A stretch of DNA of 64,000 nt from Candidatus Multivorans sp. (GCA_965247095.1 OZ251997.1:2272001-2336000), one strand, 5' to 3'. Positions 29,729 through 39,802 are shown, counted from the first letter of the stretch. Made by a program: numbers and translations. The notes: generated by a model from the sequence alone, not told the origin.

Positions 29729-30208
29729 TCAGCCCCGCCAGGCCCGCAGGCTCAAGGCCAGCGTCGCGGTCGTGCCCCAACTGAGCCCCACGACCACGCC
29801 GGCGTCGAGAATCCCCCGCCACGGCTGGTCCAGCCGGTGGACGAGGACGATCAGGACCAGGACGCCGAGGGTTCCGAAGTAAACGCCGAGCCGCTCCCGC
29901 CGGTCGCCGCCGAAGTAGCCGGCCGCGAAGAGGGGCGCGAGAACGACGCGAGCCACCGTCGGGTTCGCGCGGATCGAGATCGACCGCTCCGCCACCCGCG
30001 GCGAGAAACGCAACTGGAATCCGCGCACGCCCTCCGACCACGCCATGAGGGGGATGATGGCCAGGAGCGCCGCCCAGTGATACCAGGCGAACGGGTGGTC
30101 AAAGGCGGCGATCGAGATCCTCCCCAGCCTGTAGATCGCCCACCCCAGCAGGCCGACGAGCCCAACCACCGCCCACACGCCGCCGGCCGTCCCGACGATC
30201 GGGCGCAT
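29729..30208 (-). CDS. Hypothetical membrane protein
   Basis: Several hydrophobic segments; WSEGVRGFQLRFSPR and QPWRGILDAGVVVGL. Confidence 0.75.
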   Translation of the reverse strand: MRPIVGTAGGVWAVVGLVGLLGWAIYRLGRISIAAFDHPFAWYHWAALLAIIPLMAWSEGVRGFQLRFSPRVAERSISIRANPTVARVVLAPLFAAGYFGGDRRERLGVYFGTLGVLVLIVLVHRLDQPWRGILDAGVVVGLSWGTTATLALSLRAWRG

Positions 30209-30263
30209 CGAGCCCCTGCCGGAACTCACGATCCGATCCGCCTGCGATTCGGCGAGCAGGCCT

Positions 30264-30614
30264 TCACTCGTCCGAGGCCAGATCCCGCCGGCCCCGGTCG
30301 CTGGCCAGGGCGGCGTGGTTCAGGATATTCCTGGCCATGGACGACGGCTGGCTGTCCGCGTTCGCGCGGTAGATCGCCGCGCGCGCCTCGTGCTTCACGT
30401 CGAGAAGGTGGCCGGCATCGAGCATCACCAGACCGTCGCCACTGTCGATCACGTAGAAGCCGGCGATGCCCTTGAAGCCGAGCAAATCCTCGGCGATGCG
30501 GCAGGAACCCGGGTAGTAGCGGTGGACCGGATGGTGCTCGAACTGGAGGTCCAGCTCGCCCCGCCACGCCTGCTCGGCAAGCGCAAGCAGGTCCGGATGC
30601 CCCTGGTCCTTCAT
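30264..30614 (-). pseudogene. MBL-fold (alkyl-sulfatase-like) hydrolase with the central part deleted
   Basis: N-terminal VIDSGDGLVMLDAG joined directly to C-terminal HEARAAIY...SSMARNI; no HxHxDH motif. Confidence 0.65.
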
Positions 30615-30915
30615 CGCCGCGGACGTTACCGCAGAACAAACAAGGGCCGGCGCTCGGCTTCTGGTTGTGGACCGGAACCACAATTCCGTCCAATAGAGAA
30701 AACTCTTGGCCTATCTACGTTCTTGAGCTAGACTCGCCGAGCTTGCACGGTGCCGCGAGGCAGGTGACCACCATTCCGGCTGTCGCCGCCATACGCTCAT
30801 AGCGGCCGCGACTCAGCTTCCCGAGACGTTCGTCACGTCACACCGTCTTCCGGGGAGCGACAGCACTGTTAGCCCGCGGCGCCAGCGGATTCAACGGGTC
30901 GAACACCCCACTGGT

Positions 30916-33900
30916 ATGCCAGAAGCGCAGAGCGAAAACCCCACCGGAACCTCACCCGCGACCAAGCCCTCGGGGCCGGCGCGCCGCAGGCGGCGCAGCC
31001 GCCCGCGCGCCAGGGCCCGCGGTGGACGTACCGTTGCGCTCCATCAACGGAGTGCATCCCACTTTCGGCCGGAAGATCGGGAAGAAGGACAGACCGTCTT
31101 CTCGAAGGGAGGCCTCAAGCTGGAGATCGAGGGCGCAAGTGCCCGGATAGCGATCGCTCCGCCGCCCGCCGGCGACGGCGCCGCCAACGTCGAACTCGAC
31201 TGGTCCAGGGTTCCGGACGAACGCATCCTCCATGCTGTCTGCGGCTGCGAACAGTTCGCTGCCGGCGCCGCCTGCGGCCACATCTGGGCATCGCTGCTGC
31301 AACTCGCCGCGAACCAACCGAAGAGCCAGCCGTCAGGATCCGGCCGTGTCTCGCTACGCAAGACGCGACCGCCGCAGGTGTCCATCCCGGGATCGGTCCT
31401 GAACGCGGTGCAGCCCGCGAGCGACGACCCGGAAGATACCTCCCGTCCGGTCCGCCGCTCGCGTCGAAGTCGCAACCGGCGGCGGCGAACCCCTGCAACA
31501 ACGAGCTGGCGTTCCGTTGTGGAGACAGTGCGCGAGGACATCGAACGGCAGGCTGAGCCGGTAGAGCCAGCGACTCCAAGAAACGCCCCGCCTCAGATCC
31601 AGCTCCTGCTCAACGCTGCCACCAGCCGCAACGCAGGCGGCCTGATGATCGACATCTTCGGACGCAAGCAGATCCCGCAGGGCGAGTTCGGCAAGTTGAA
31701 GCGGCTGAGCATCGACCACGAAAAGCTGGAAGAGTTGTTCGGACTGACAACAGACGACACCGTTCGTTCGGCGGGGAACGGAGTACTCCCGGGCGCCGGA
31801 CCGGCCATGGTCACCGCGCTACCGCCCGAAGTGCCGGCCCGCGCCAGCCGCAAGGGCAAGGGCGGCCGTGGCGGCCGCAACACCGGCCGCCCCCTCGTGC
31901 AACGGGTCTACGTGCCCATGAACTGGATCGGCCCCCTGCTACCACGGCTGAGCGCGGAGGGACACCTGTACTGGTGGGACGGCCGCTCACTCGGCGATCC
32001 ACGCGCGGTCACGATCGACGACGGCGAACCCTGGCGCCTTGGCCTGCAGTTGGAAATCGCGGCAGCCAGCCGGGTCCGGCTGCGCGGTCTGCTCAAGCGC
32101 GGCGACGAAACCGTACCGCTGAGTCGTGCCGCGCTCGTTCTGCCCTTCCCAAACGGCGACGGAACGGCCCCCGATGCCGGGTCGGGCGGGCAGGGCAACA
32201 TGCTGCTCCTGCTCGACGACGCCATCGGCCGGTTCCATCTCGATCCGCGGCGAGATCAACCCTGGTATGCGCTGCTCGGCAACAGCGGCGATCTCGTGAT
32301 CCCGGATGAAGACCTCGAAGCCGCGGTCACCAGCCTGCTGGAGCTGCCTTCGTTGCCGCCACTCGAGCTCCCGCAAGAGGTCTATCTGTCGGAGGAATCG
32401 CCCGTCCCTCAGCCTCGTCTGGCACTCGAGCCGGAGGACACTCCCGAGTGGATGAACCCTCAGCTCGAGGCCCGACTCTCGTTCGGCTACGGCGGCCTGA
32501 CCGTCGACGCGGGCGATCTGCGGTCCGCAGTCGTCGACTGGGAGGAGCACCGCTTCGTTCGCCGCAACCTGAAGACGGAGCAGGACGCGCTCGTCAGGCT
32601 GCTCGAGCTGGGCCTGAAGCCGGTCGCGTCGAAGAGCGGGCACAGCCTGGAACTCGAGCCGCGTGACCTGCCGGCGGTCGCGGAGCCGCTGCTCCTCGAG
32701 GGCTGGGAGGTCGAGGCCCACGGCGCCTCGATCCGATCGCCGAGTCCGCCGGCACTGCGTATCGAGAGCGGCGTCGACTGGTTCGAGCTCAGCGGACAGA
32801 TCGAGTTCGACGGCGATCAGATCGAGTTCTCGGAGATCCTCGCCGCGATCTTGGACGGTCGCCGGTCCGTCCAACTGGATGACGGCTCCAAGGGACTGCT
32901 CCCCGCGGCCTGGGTCGAGAACTACGGCTCGCTGAGTCAACTGGCACAGGACTCGAGCGAAGAGGGTCTGCGCTTCCTCCCTTCCCAGGCGTTACTCGTC
33001 GACGCGCTGCTGGCGGTCACGCCGCCGGTCAACGTGAGCAAGACCTTTGCCGAGCTGCGCGAGAAGCTGAGCACCTTCTCTTCGATCAAAGCCAAGAAGG
33101 AACCCCGCAGCTTCGTCGGCACGCTCCGTAGCTACCAACGGCTTGGCTTGGGCTGGCTCTGTTTCCTGCGCGAGTTCGGCCTCGGCGGCGTACTCGCCGA
33201 CGACATGGGGCTAGGCAAGACAATCCAGGCGCTGGCGTTTCTGCGCACGTTCCGCACAGCGTCGAAGACGACCAAGCTGCCCTATCTCGTCGTCGCGCCG
33301 CGCAGCCTCGTCTACAACTGGATCGACGAGGCCGCCCGCTTCACGCCCGACCTGAAGGTCCTCGAGTACGCGGGACGCGACCGCGAGAACCTCCGCGACG
33401 AGTTCAAGACTGCCGACGTCGTGGTCACGACCTACGGCACCGTGCGCCGCGACATCGGCTACCTGGCCACGGTCGAGTTCGACACCGTGATCCTGGACGA
33501 AGCACAGGCAATCAAGAACGCGGCCTCGCAGACCGCCAAGGCCTGCCGCCTGCTGGACGGCCAGAACCGTCTCGCCCTGACCGGCACGCCGATCGAGAAC
33601 CACCTCGGCGAACTGGGCTCGATCTTCGAGTTCCTCAACCCGGGGCTGCTCGGTCGACTGCCGGCGCTCGATGTGCTGGCCGGCGGCCGGGTGCCGAGCC
33701 AGCGAGAACTGGCGCTGGTCGCCAAGGGTCTGCGTCCGTTCATCCTTCGCCGCACCAAGGAGCAGGTGCTGCCCGATCTGCCCGCGAAAACAGAGCAGAT
33801 CCTGCAATGCACCCTGAACCCGAGGCAGCAGGAGCTCTACGACCAGCTCCGCGCGGGCTATCGCGACAGCCTGCTGCAGCAGGTCGAGGACAAGGGAGTC

Positions 33901-34503
33901 GCCGGATCGACCATGCAAGTGCTCGAGGCGCTGCTGCGGCTCCGCCAGGTGGCCTGCCACCCGGGCCTGATCGACGAGGCGTGGGAGGAAGCCGGCAGCG
34001 CCAAGCTCGAATCCCTGTTCGAGCAGGTCTCCGAAGTCCTCGACGAGGGCCACAAGTGCCTCGTCTTCTCGCAGTTCACGTCGCTTCTGGCTTACGTCCG
34101 CCGTCATCTCGAAGAGAAGGACGTGCCCTACGCCTACCTTGACGGCCAGACACGGAACCGGGGCGAAGTCGTTGAGCACTTCCAGACCGACCCGGACTGC
34201 AACATCTTCCTGATCAGCCTGAAGGCCGGCGGCGTCGGCCTGAACCTGACCGCGGCCGGCTACGTCTTCCTGCTCGACCCGTGGTGGAACCCGGCAGTGG
34301 AGGCGCAGGCGATCGATCGCACGCACCGCATCGGCCAGACCCAGCCCGTGTTCGCCTATCGCCTGATCGCGCGCGACACCGTCGAAGAGAAGATGCTCGA
34401 ACTGCAGCGCTCCAAGCGGAAGATCGCCGACGCGATCCTCGAAGGCGGCGGATCGTCCCTGCGCGATCTGACCGCTGACGATCTGCGGCTGCTGCTGAGC
34501 TGA
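30916..34503 (+). CDS. SWIM zinc finger-SNF2 family helicase
   Basis: CGC...CGH SWIM; LADDMGLGKT, DEAQ, TGTPIEN, SLKAGGVGLNL, QAIDRTHRIGQ. Confidence 0.93.
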   Translation: MPEAQSENPTGTSPATKPSGPARRRRRSRPRARARGGRTVALHQRSASHFRPEDREEGQTVFSKGGLKLEIEGASARIAIAPPPAGDGAANVELDWSRVPDERILHAVCGCEQFAAGAACGHIWASLLQLAANQPKSQPSGSGRVSLRKTRPPQVSIPGSVLNAVQPASDDPEDTSRPVRRSRRSRNRRRRTPATTSWRSVVETVREDIERQAEPVEPATPRNAPPQIQLLLNAATSRNAGGLMIDIFGRKQIPQGEFGKLKRLSIDHEKLEELFGLTTDDTVRSAGNGVLPGAGPAMVTALPPEVPARASRKGKGGRGGRNTGRPLVQRVYVPMNWIGPLLPRLSAEGHLYWWDGRSLGDPRAVTIDDGEPWRLGLQLEIAAASRVRLRGLLKRGDETVPLSRAALVLPFPNGDGTAPDAGSGGQGNMLLLLDDAIGRFHLDPRRDQPWYALLGNSGDLVIPDEDLEAAVTSLLELPSLPPLELPQEVYLSEESPVPQPRLALEPEDTPEWMNPQLEARLSFGYGGLTVDAGDLRSAVVDWEEHRFVRRNLKTEQDALVRLLELGLKPVASKSGHSLELEPRDLPAVAEPLLLEGWEVEAHGASIRSPSPPALRIESGVDWFELSGQIEFDGDQIEFSEILAAILDGRRSVQLDDGSKGLLPAAWVENYGSLSQLAQDSSEEGLRFLPSQALLVDALLAVTPPVNVSKTFAELREKLSTFSSIKAKKEPRSFVGTLRSYQRLGLGWLCFLREFGLGGVLADDMGLGKTIQALAFLRTFRTASKTTKLPYLVVAPRSLVYNWIDEAARFTPDLKVLEYAGRDRENLRDEFKTADVVVTTYGTVRRDIGYLATVEFDTVILDEAQAIKNAASQTAKACRLLDGQNRLALTGTPIENHLGELGSIFEFLNPGLLGRLPALDVLAGGRVPSQRELALVAKGLRPFILRRTKEQVLPDLPAKTEQILQCTLNPRQQELYDQLRAGYRDSLLQQVEDKGVAGSTMQVLEALLRLRQVACHPGLIDEAWEEAGSAKLESLFEQVSEVLDEGHKCLVFSQFTSLLAYVRRHLEEKDVPYAYLDGQTRNRGEVVEHFQTDPDCNIFLISLKAGGVGLNLTAAGYVFLLDPWWNPAVEAQAIDRTHRIGQTQPVFAYRLIARDTVEEKMLELQRSKRKIADAILEGGGSSLRDLTADDLRLLLS

Positions 34504-34528
34504 CGCGCCGCACATCGGCCTCCTGAAG

Positions 34529-34567
34529 AGGCCTTCGGAACCCGAATCCGGGTTCCGAAGGCCTTTT
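34529..34567 (+). terminator. Probable intrinsic terminator after the SNF2 gene
   Basis: Perfect 16-bp stem AGGCCTTCGGAACCCG / CGGGTTCCGAAGGCCT, loop AATC, short T tail. Confidence 0.75.
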
Positions 34568-34917
34568 CGCGTCTTAGTCAATGAACGCCGCCGCTGAACC
34601 CGCGGCGCACAACTTCGACGCACCGAAAGAACGATGACGCTCCTGAACTCCCCTCGCAACCCCCGCACACCGCTCCCGAACTCCCTCCCGGACTCCTTCC
34701 CGGACTCCTTCCGACATGAGCCGGGCGCCTACACCAGCAGCGTCTTGAGACTTCGACTCGCGGAGCCTCCCACCCGGACCCTTGAAGCACACCTCGCACA
34801 CGCGCTCCAGATGCTCGGCGCCCGTTCAGCGCCGCTCATCTCCATGCTGCGCTTCCAGGCCCGCCCTCGCCCCTCGGCCCACCGACATGCGAACTACGGT
34901 CACCAGGGGCGCCGGCC

Positions 34918-35424
34918 ATGAACCGCCGCCGAATCGCCATCGCGATCGTCGCTCTGGCCGTCCTCGGCCCTATCGGCGCTCTGTTCTGGTTCGAGTCCAG
35001 GCTCGAAGCAAGACTGTCTCAGCGACCCGAAGTCGGCATGGTGTTCCCCGCCCTGCCGGGCCTCGCCGATGGCGAGTCCCTGCCGGCCTCTCCGGGCCGG
35101 CTTCGGGTCGTTACTTTCGCCAAGGCCGGCTGCGGCAACTGCGACCGCACGATCGCCACGTTCCGGCGACTCGCGGCGGACGGTGAGCACGACCTCGACC
35201 TGATCGCGGTCGTCGCGGCCGCTGAAACGACCGGCCTCGACGACACGGCCACTCTGCGCTCGATCGCCGACCCCGACGCCTCGGTATCCAAGCGCTTCGG
35301 CGTGATCCACGTGCCGCTCGTCTTTCTGGTCGACGAGCACTCCCGCGTCCAGGCCGTCACAACCGGCGAACGGCCCGAGGCCGCTTGGCGCTCCTTTCTG
35401 GGAATCGAGAACGATGCGCTCTGA
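34918..35424 (+). CDS. Membrane-anchored thioredoxin-fold (TlpA/ResA-like) redoxin
   Basis: N-terminal TM; CGNC; FGVIHVPLVFLVD cis-Pro loop. Confidence 0.8.
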   Translation: MNRRRIAIAIVALAVLGPIGALFWFESRLEARLSQRPEVGMVFPALPGLADGESLPASPGRLRVVTFAKAGCGNCDRTIATFRRLAADGEHDLDLIAVVAAAETTGLDDTATLRSIADPDASVSKRFGVIHVPLVFLVDEHSRVQAVTTGERPEAAWRSFLGIENDAL

Positions 35425-35965
35425 TCCGTCTGATACGGCCCGCCGTCGACGGTTGGCTGCCGCCGGGCTCATCCTCGCCACCGGCCTCGTTGCGGTCGCC
35501 GTCCGCGCTGTCGGACCCACCCTGGACCGCCTTTCCTGGGCAACCTCCACCGACCCATCGGCGCCGGGACCCGGCCAGATCGTTCGGCAACAGAAGCGCT
35601 CCGACTGCGGCCCGGCCGCACTCAAGATGATCCTCGATCACTACGGCGTCACCGGCATCACGCTCGCCGAGCTGGAGGTCGCCACCGGCACCGGCCCGGA
35701 CGGCACCAGCATGCTCGCCTTGAAGAAGACCGCCGAGCAAAGCGGTCTCGCCAGCCAGGGCCTCCGCCTGCCGGTGGAGCGGCTGTACGACATCCCGATG
35801 CCCGCGATCGCCCATGTCCACGGCGATCACTTCGTCGTCATTCGCAGCGCCGGCGAGGAACTGGTCATCGACGACCCGTCCCTGGGCCGCCTGCGCATGA
35901 GCGCCCGAACATTCGAACGCTCCTGGGACGGCGTCGTCCTCGCCTTCACCGGAGGGACCCACTGA
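35414..35965 (+). CDS. Stand-alone C39 family cysteine peptidase with N-terminal membrane anchor/signal
   Basis: QQKRSDCGPAALKMIL, GTSMLAL, DHFVV, IDDPS (Q, C, H, D residues); RRRR plus hydrophobic helix; no ABC domains. Confidence 0.9.
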   Translation: MRSDPSDTARRRRLAAAGLILATGLVAVAVRAVGPTLDRLSWATSTDPSAPGPGQIVRQQKRSDCGPAALKMILDHYGVTGITLAELEVATGTGPDGTSMLALKKTAEQSGLASQGLRLPVERLYDIPMPAIAHVHGDHFVVIRSAGEELVIDDPSLGRLRMSARTFERSWDGVVLAFTGGTH

Positions 35966-36154
35966 TTCCGCGGACGGAACGAAACCCGTCCATTTCACCA
36001 AAAACCCGTAACAACTCCAAAAGGGAGCACAACCATCAAACACTCATCCAAACGCGCCGTCGGACCGATTCCCGGCGTCGCCTCTTCGACGAACCCACAC
36101 ACCATGAATCACCACGTCCCCTTCACACACACAACACCGAAAGGACGCCCCTCC

Positions 36155-36475
36155 ATGAAAACGCGTATCGCCCTCCTGTCCGGACTTCTGACTCTCGCCG
36201 CCGGCGCCGCCCTTGCGACTCCGACGACACAGAGCGTGACGGCAGCCGACCAGGACCAGGACCAGGTCCTGACCGCCTGGGATGGCGACTGGGCCATTCC
36301 CGCGGCCGCCTACTCCCTCAGCGTTCCGACGACTGAGCAAGAGCCCATCGAACTCGCCGTCTACTGGCCCTGCGGCTGCATACCCCTTCCCGGCTGTCCG
36401 TTCCCGATGCCCTGGCCCGGCGGCCCGATCTTCAGTCCGTTCCCACTCCCGGACTCCTGCAAGTGCCCGTTCTAA
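36155..36475 (+). CDS. Secreted small protein with Cys/Pro-rich C-terminus (putative peptide precursor)
   Basis: AAGGA RBS; signal peptide; acidic spacer; YWPCGCIPLPGCPFPMPWPGGPIFSPFPLPDSCKCPF. Confidence 0.7.
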   Translation: MKTRIALLSGLLTLAAGAALATPTTQSVTAADQDQDQVLTAWDGDWAIPAAAYSLSVPTTEQEPIELAVYWPCGCIPLPGCPFPMPWPGGPIFSPFPLPDSCKCPF

Positions 36476-36525
36476 ACCCCTTCCGCCACGGCGCTTCCAC
36501 ACCAATCCCCAACCAACCCAACTCA

Positions 36526-36864
36526 ATGATCAACGTACACAAACGTGCCGGCGCCATATTGCTCACTCTCGCCGCCCTCGCAGCGTCGCCAGCCGGTTCG
36601 GCTGTCGCGACGTTCGGCTCGGTATTCACCCCAGCACCCCTGGCACCGGCGGCAACACCGGAAGACACCATCAGGCCGTTGGCCGAGGCTGTCGTCTTGC
36701 AGACCGCGACCCTCGACGCCGTAACCGGCGCCATCAACTGGGGCAAGGTCGCTTGCTGGACAGGCGTCGTCGGCGTTGCGGTCGGCGCCAGTCTGGTGGG
36801 GAGTCCCGGCCTCGGTGCCGGCGCATCCGCTGCGATGGCGATCGCCTGCCTGAGTATCTACTAA
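36526..36864 (+). CDS. Bacteriocin-like precursor A (signal + pro-region + GA site + two-Cys core)
   Basis: ...LQTATLDAVTGA|INWGKVACWTGVVGVAVGASLVGSPGLGAGASAAMAIACLSIY. Confidence 0.75.
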   Translation: MINVHKRAGAILLTLAALAASPAGSAVATFGSVFTPAPLAPAATPEDTIRPLAEAVVLQTATLDAVTGAINWGKVACWTGVVGVAVGASLVGSPGLGAGASAAMAIACLSIY

Positions 36865-36917
36865 TGCCAGCAGTCCCTCGCATTCCTTTCTCTACAACCC
36901 AAGCCTAGGATTCTCTC

Positions 36918-37235
36918 ATGAAACAACTTACAACCACCATCGCCTGTCTATCGCTACTGGCAGGAGTGCTCGCAGTTACCCCAAACGCTCAGCTCGGCGA
37001 CCCGGACCAAACTCCTTCGGAGTCGTCCCTCACGAGATTCGCAGACATCGCGCCCGACGGAATCAAACCGATCACCGACTGGGAAGCCGCCACGGTCACC
37101 GGCACTGGCTGGAGATCCGATTTCTGGTGCGGCGCGGCCGTCGGCGCCGGTTTTGTCTTGTCGGCGACCGGTGTCTTGACGCCCGTCGGAGTTGGTTTGG
37201 CCGCCGCGGGAATCTACTGCGCTCTGTACCTGTAG
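36918..37235 (+). CDS. Bacteriocin-like precursor B
   Basis: Signal peptide; ...ITDWEAATVTGT|GWRSDFWCGAAVGAGFVLSATGVLTPVGVGLAAAGIYCALYL. Confidence 0.75.
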   Translation: MKQLTTTIACLSLLAGVLAVTPNAQLGDPDQTPSESSLTRFADIAPDGIKPITDWEAATVTGTGWRSDFWCGAAVGAGFVLSATGVLTPVGVGLAAAGIYCALYL

Positions 37236-37324
37236 CGAGTCAGCGCTGATCTTCGCTACTCACCACTTCACGGGGAAGTCCCCACTCCCTTTCATCCATG
37301 TACTCGTAAAGGAGAATCAAACAA

Positions 37325-37624
37325 ATGAAGTTGCTGGCAATTGCACTCACCATCGCTCTCGTCTTCTCGGGGGCCGCCACTGCAGCGTCCACCACACTGG
37401 ACGTGCGGAACATCTCTCCGTCTTCCTCAATCCAGGAGGTCGTCCTTCTCGACGACGTCCTGCTGGATGTCACCAGAGGCGGCCTCAACCGGGTCGCGTG
37501 CATCGGCGTGGCCATCGGTCTCGGACTGGGTGGGCTCGTGGCCGGTGCAGTCACAGGGGGCGTTGGTTGGGCTCTGGCCGGAGCATACGCTCCGGCTGTT
37601 GGAGCCTTGCTGTGCTCGCTCTGA
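37325..37624 (+). CDS. Bacteriocin-like precursor C
   Basis: AAGGAG RBS; signal peptide; ...LDDVLLDVTRGG|LNRVACIGVAIGLGLGGLVAGAVTGGVGWALAGAYAPAVGALLCSL. Confidence 0.8.
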   Translation: MKLLAIALTIALVFSGAATAASTTLDVRNISPSSSIQEVVLLDDVLLDVTRGGLNRVACIGVAIGLGLGGLVAGAVTGGVGWALAGAYAPAVGALLCSL

Positions 37625-37819
37625 CTTGAGCAGGATCGGTTAAGGAATGTCACTGGGGAAGGACTCGATGGCTGTGTTGACGCGGGAAAGGAAGCGGTTG
37701 ACAGCTCGGCTGCACTCTAGGACCGCGGCAAGCCAGCCAAATGAGAGTGCGGTGGCTCTCCGCCGTGCTCGTTTCTCATCGCCCCACTCCCATCGGGTCC
37801 TTCGCCAGAGCCCTCGGCT

Positions 37820-37949
37820 GCGGCTCGACGGGGTCATCTTGACTCCGTCGAGCCGCTTCCACGCAAAGTTGGCTTGCTCACCCAAGAGGGTCGGGCCAAT
37901 AGCCGCAAGGATGTTTGACGGACGCTACAGGTGCGGAGTAGCGTCCGTC
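37820..37949. other. Two strong intergenic hairpins
   Basis: 17-bp stem with one G-T pair at 37820-37856; perfect 12-bp stem GACGGACGCTAC/GTAGCGTCCGTC at 37917-37949. Confidence 0.7.
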
Positions 37950-38157
37950 TGTTGGTCGTCAGAGGCGCAGTGGGCCTGCGAGCCGGACCCCCTGCTAGAC
38001 CTAGCCGTCGCCCCTGGGCTTAGGGTCGCTCCCTTCGTCAGGCGAGTCTGCGGGGGGTCTCGTTTGCCCTGTGCAGTGCGGCCGATTCGGCCCGCCACCA
38101 GTCCAGGTGCCGGCGCACCTTCACCGAAAGCCGGCTAGAGCGAACGCGAAGGACTCG

Positions 38158-39771
38158 ATGGCGACGTTGACGAACCCGGGCAGCCGAGTGGACCTGCTGC
38201 TGACCCTTGCACGGCTGTCGTTCCCGGACGCCGTGCGGAGGGCCAACCAACCGGTGGCGGTGGCGATCCTGATCGCCGTCCTGTTTCTGGTGTCCGCGAC
38301 CGTCGCCACACTGGGCCTTCTGCCCGTTCTCTTCACGATCGAGAGTGACGGCCTGCGGCGGAATCTGTTGAACCTGATCGCCTGCTCCATCACGGCACTC
38401 GGGCTGCTCGCCCAGGTGGCGCTTCGAGCGCCGGTCACGTGGCTGCTCGATCTGGAGGACCTGCTGCGGCTGCCGGTGGGTTTTCGAGACCTGTACGGAC
38501 TCCGTCTCGCGCTGAGCACGATCGGGTACTGGCTGCTCGTTCTCGGTCCCGCCGGCGCCTATCTCACGGTCATGAGGTCGGGAGGGGTCGCTGGAGTGCC
38601 GGTCACGTTGCTGGGCATCCTGAGTCTGGTCTGGATCTTCGGCCGTCTGGCGGCGATCCTGTCGCTTCTGGCCCACCGTTGGGTCGAAGGTGCGCTCGGC
38701 ACACTGGCCATGCTGGTGATCATGGCGCTCGGCCAACTCGCGCTCCTCGTCGGCGCAATGGCCTTCGGAGGAGAGCTCGATTCCGAGGGAGTCACTCAGA
38801 CAATCGAAGCTTCCGCGGTTCTCGGCGGTCTCGGCTACACGCCGCCGGGGCTTGTCGCCGGCATCGTCCACGAACCGGGCTGGTCGGCGCCGAATCTGGC
38901 GAGATTCGCAAGTCTGCTCGCCGTTCTCGGCGTCTTGATCGTGCTGGAGAACCGGCTCCTTCTTCGCCGCTACCTCGATCGGCCCGGTGGTGACCGCCGC
39001 ACCGCTTCCGGAGTACTGCCTCTGGCGCGGATGCTCCGCGGGTCGCGCCGCCTCACTCCCTTGGGCGCTCTCACCATGCTCGAGACGGAATGCCTGTTGC
39101 GCCTCAAACCGGCGCGCATGGTTCTGGCAATCATGGCCGCCTTCGCCCTGGTCTGGGTGCCTACCCTTGCCGGTCTCGCGGTGGGTCTGGCTGGGATCTA
39201 CGTTGTGGCTCTGCACGAGTTCCGGGTGCGGAAGCAACCCCCGACCTGCTACGTATGGCGGGAATCGCTCACCCTTCCCCTCTCCGTTCAGCGGATCTTC
39301 CGGGCGCCCGGCCGTGCGCCCAACGTGGTGATCGCCTTGCTTGTCGCGTTCATCTTCGGCCTGACGCCGCTCGACTGGTTCGGGTGGCCATTCTTCCTCG
39401 TCGCGTCCTGCCTGATGCTCGCCAGCATCGTGCTGGGCACAGCCGCATACGGCCTGATCCAGCTCTACTGGCCTCAACGGAGTGCGGGGCTCACCGACAG
39501 CCCGAACAGCTCGAAGTTCGGGGCCTCTCTACTGCTTCCACAGTTGGCCTTTGGCCCGGCCTTCCTCTCGTTCCTCTTGTACGTGCTCTACGAAGGGCAG
39601 CGCGTCAGCCCGCTGACTGCCGGCCTCATCGCGATTGCCGTGCTACTCCTCGCAGCCGCGGCCGCATACGCCTCGCGCCGGTGGCAGGCACGCATCCTCA
39701 AGGCCCGCGGCCGCGAACTCCTCCTCGACAACCCCGCCGAAGACCCTCCGAAGCCATCGAGCCCCCCCTGA
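38158..39771 (+). CDS. Multi-TM membrane protein, probable ABC-2-type permease
   Basis: More than 10 hydrophobic segments in two halves, each with an L.LP motif (LLRLPV, LTLPLS); directly upstream of an ABC ATPase. Confidence 0.75.
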   Translation: MATLTNPGSRVDLLLTLARLSFPDAVRRANQPVAVAILIAVLFLVSATVATLGLLPVLFTIESDGLRRNLLNLIACSITALGLLAQVALRAPVTWLLDLEDLLRLPVGFRDLYGLRLALSTIGYWLLVLGPAGAYLTVMRSGGVAGVPVTLLGILSLVWIFGRLAAILSLLAHRWVEGALGTLAMLVIMALGQLALLVGAMAFGGELDSEGVTQTIEASAVLGGLGYTPPGLVAGIVHEPGWSAPNLARFASLLAVLGVLIVLENRLLLRRYLDRPGGDRRTASGVLPLARMLRGSRRLTPLGALTMLETECLLRLKPARMVLAIMAAFALVWVPTLAGLAVGLAGIYVVALHEFRVRKQPPTCYVWRESLTLPLSVQRIFRAPGRAPNVVIALLVAFIFGLTPLDWFGWPFFLVASCLMLASIVLGTAAYGLIQLYWPQRSAGLTDSPNSSKFGASLLLPQLAFGPAFLSFLLYVLYEGQRVSPLTAGLIAIAVLLLAAAAAYASRRWQARILKARGRELLLDNPAEDPPKPSSPP

Positions 39772-39802
39772 CCACCCACAACCACAAGGAACCCCTGAAC
39801 CA

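Noticed and set aside
34634-34921. 95-aa ORF with a 12-bp imperfect repeat, overlapping the redoxin start (ATGA)
   Set aside because: No recognisable motif or clear RBS; may be a promoter/leader region, so not called as a CDS
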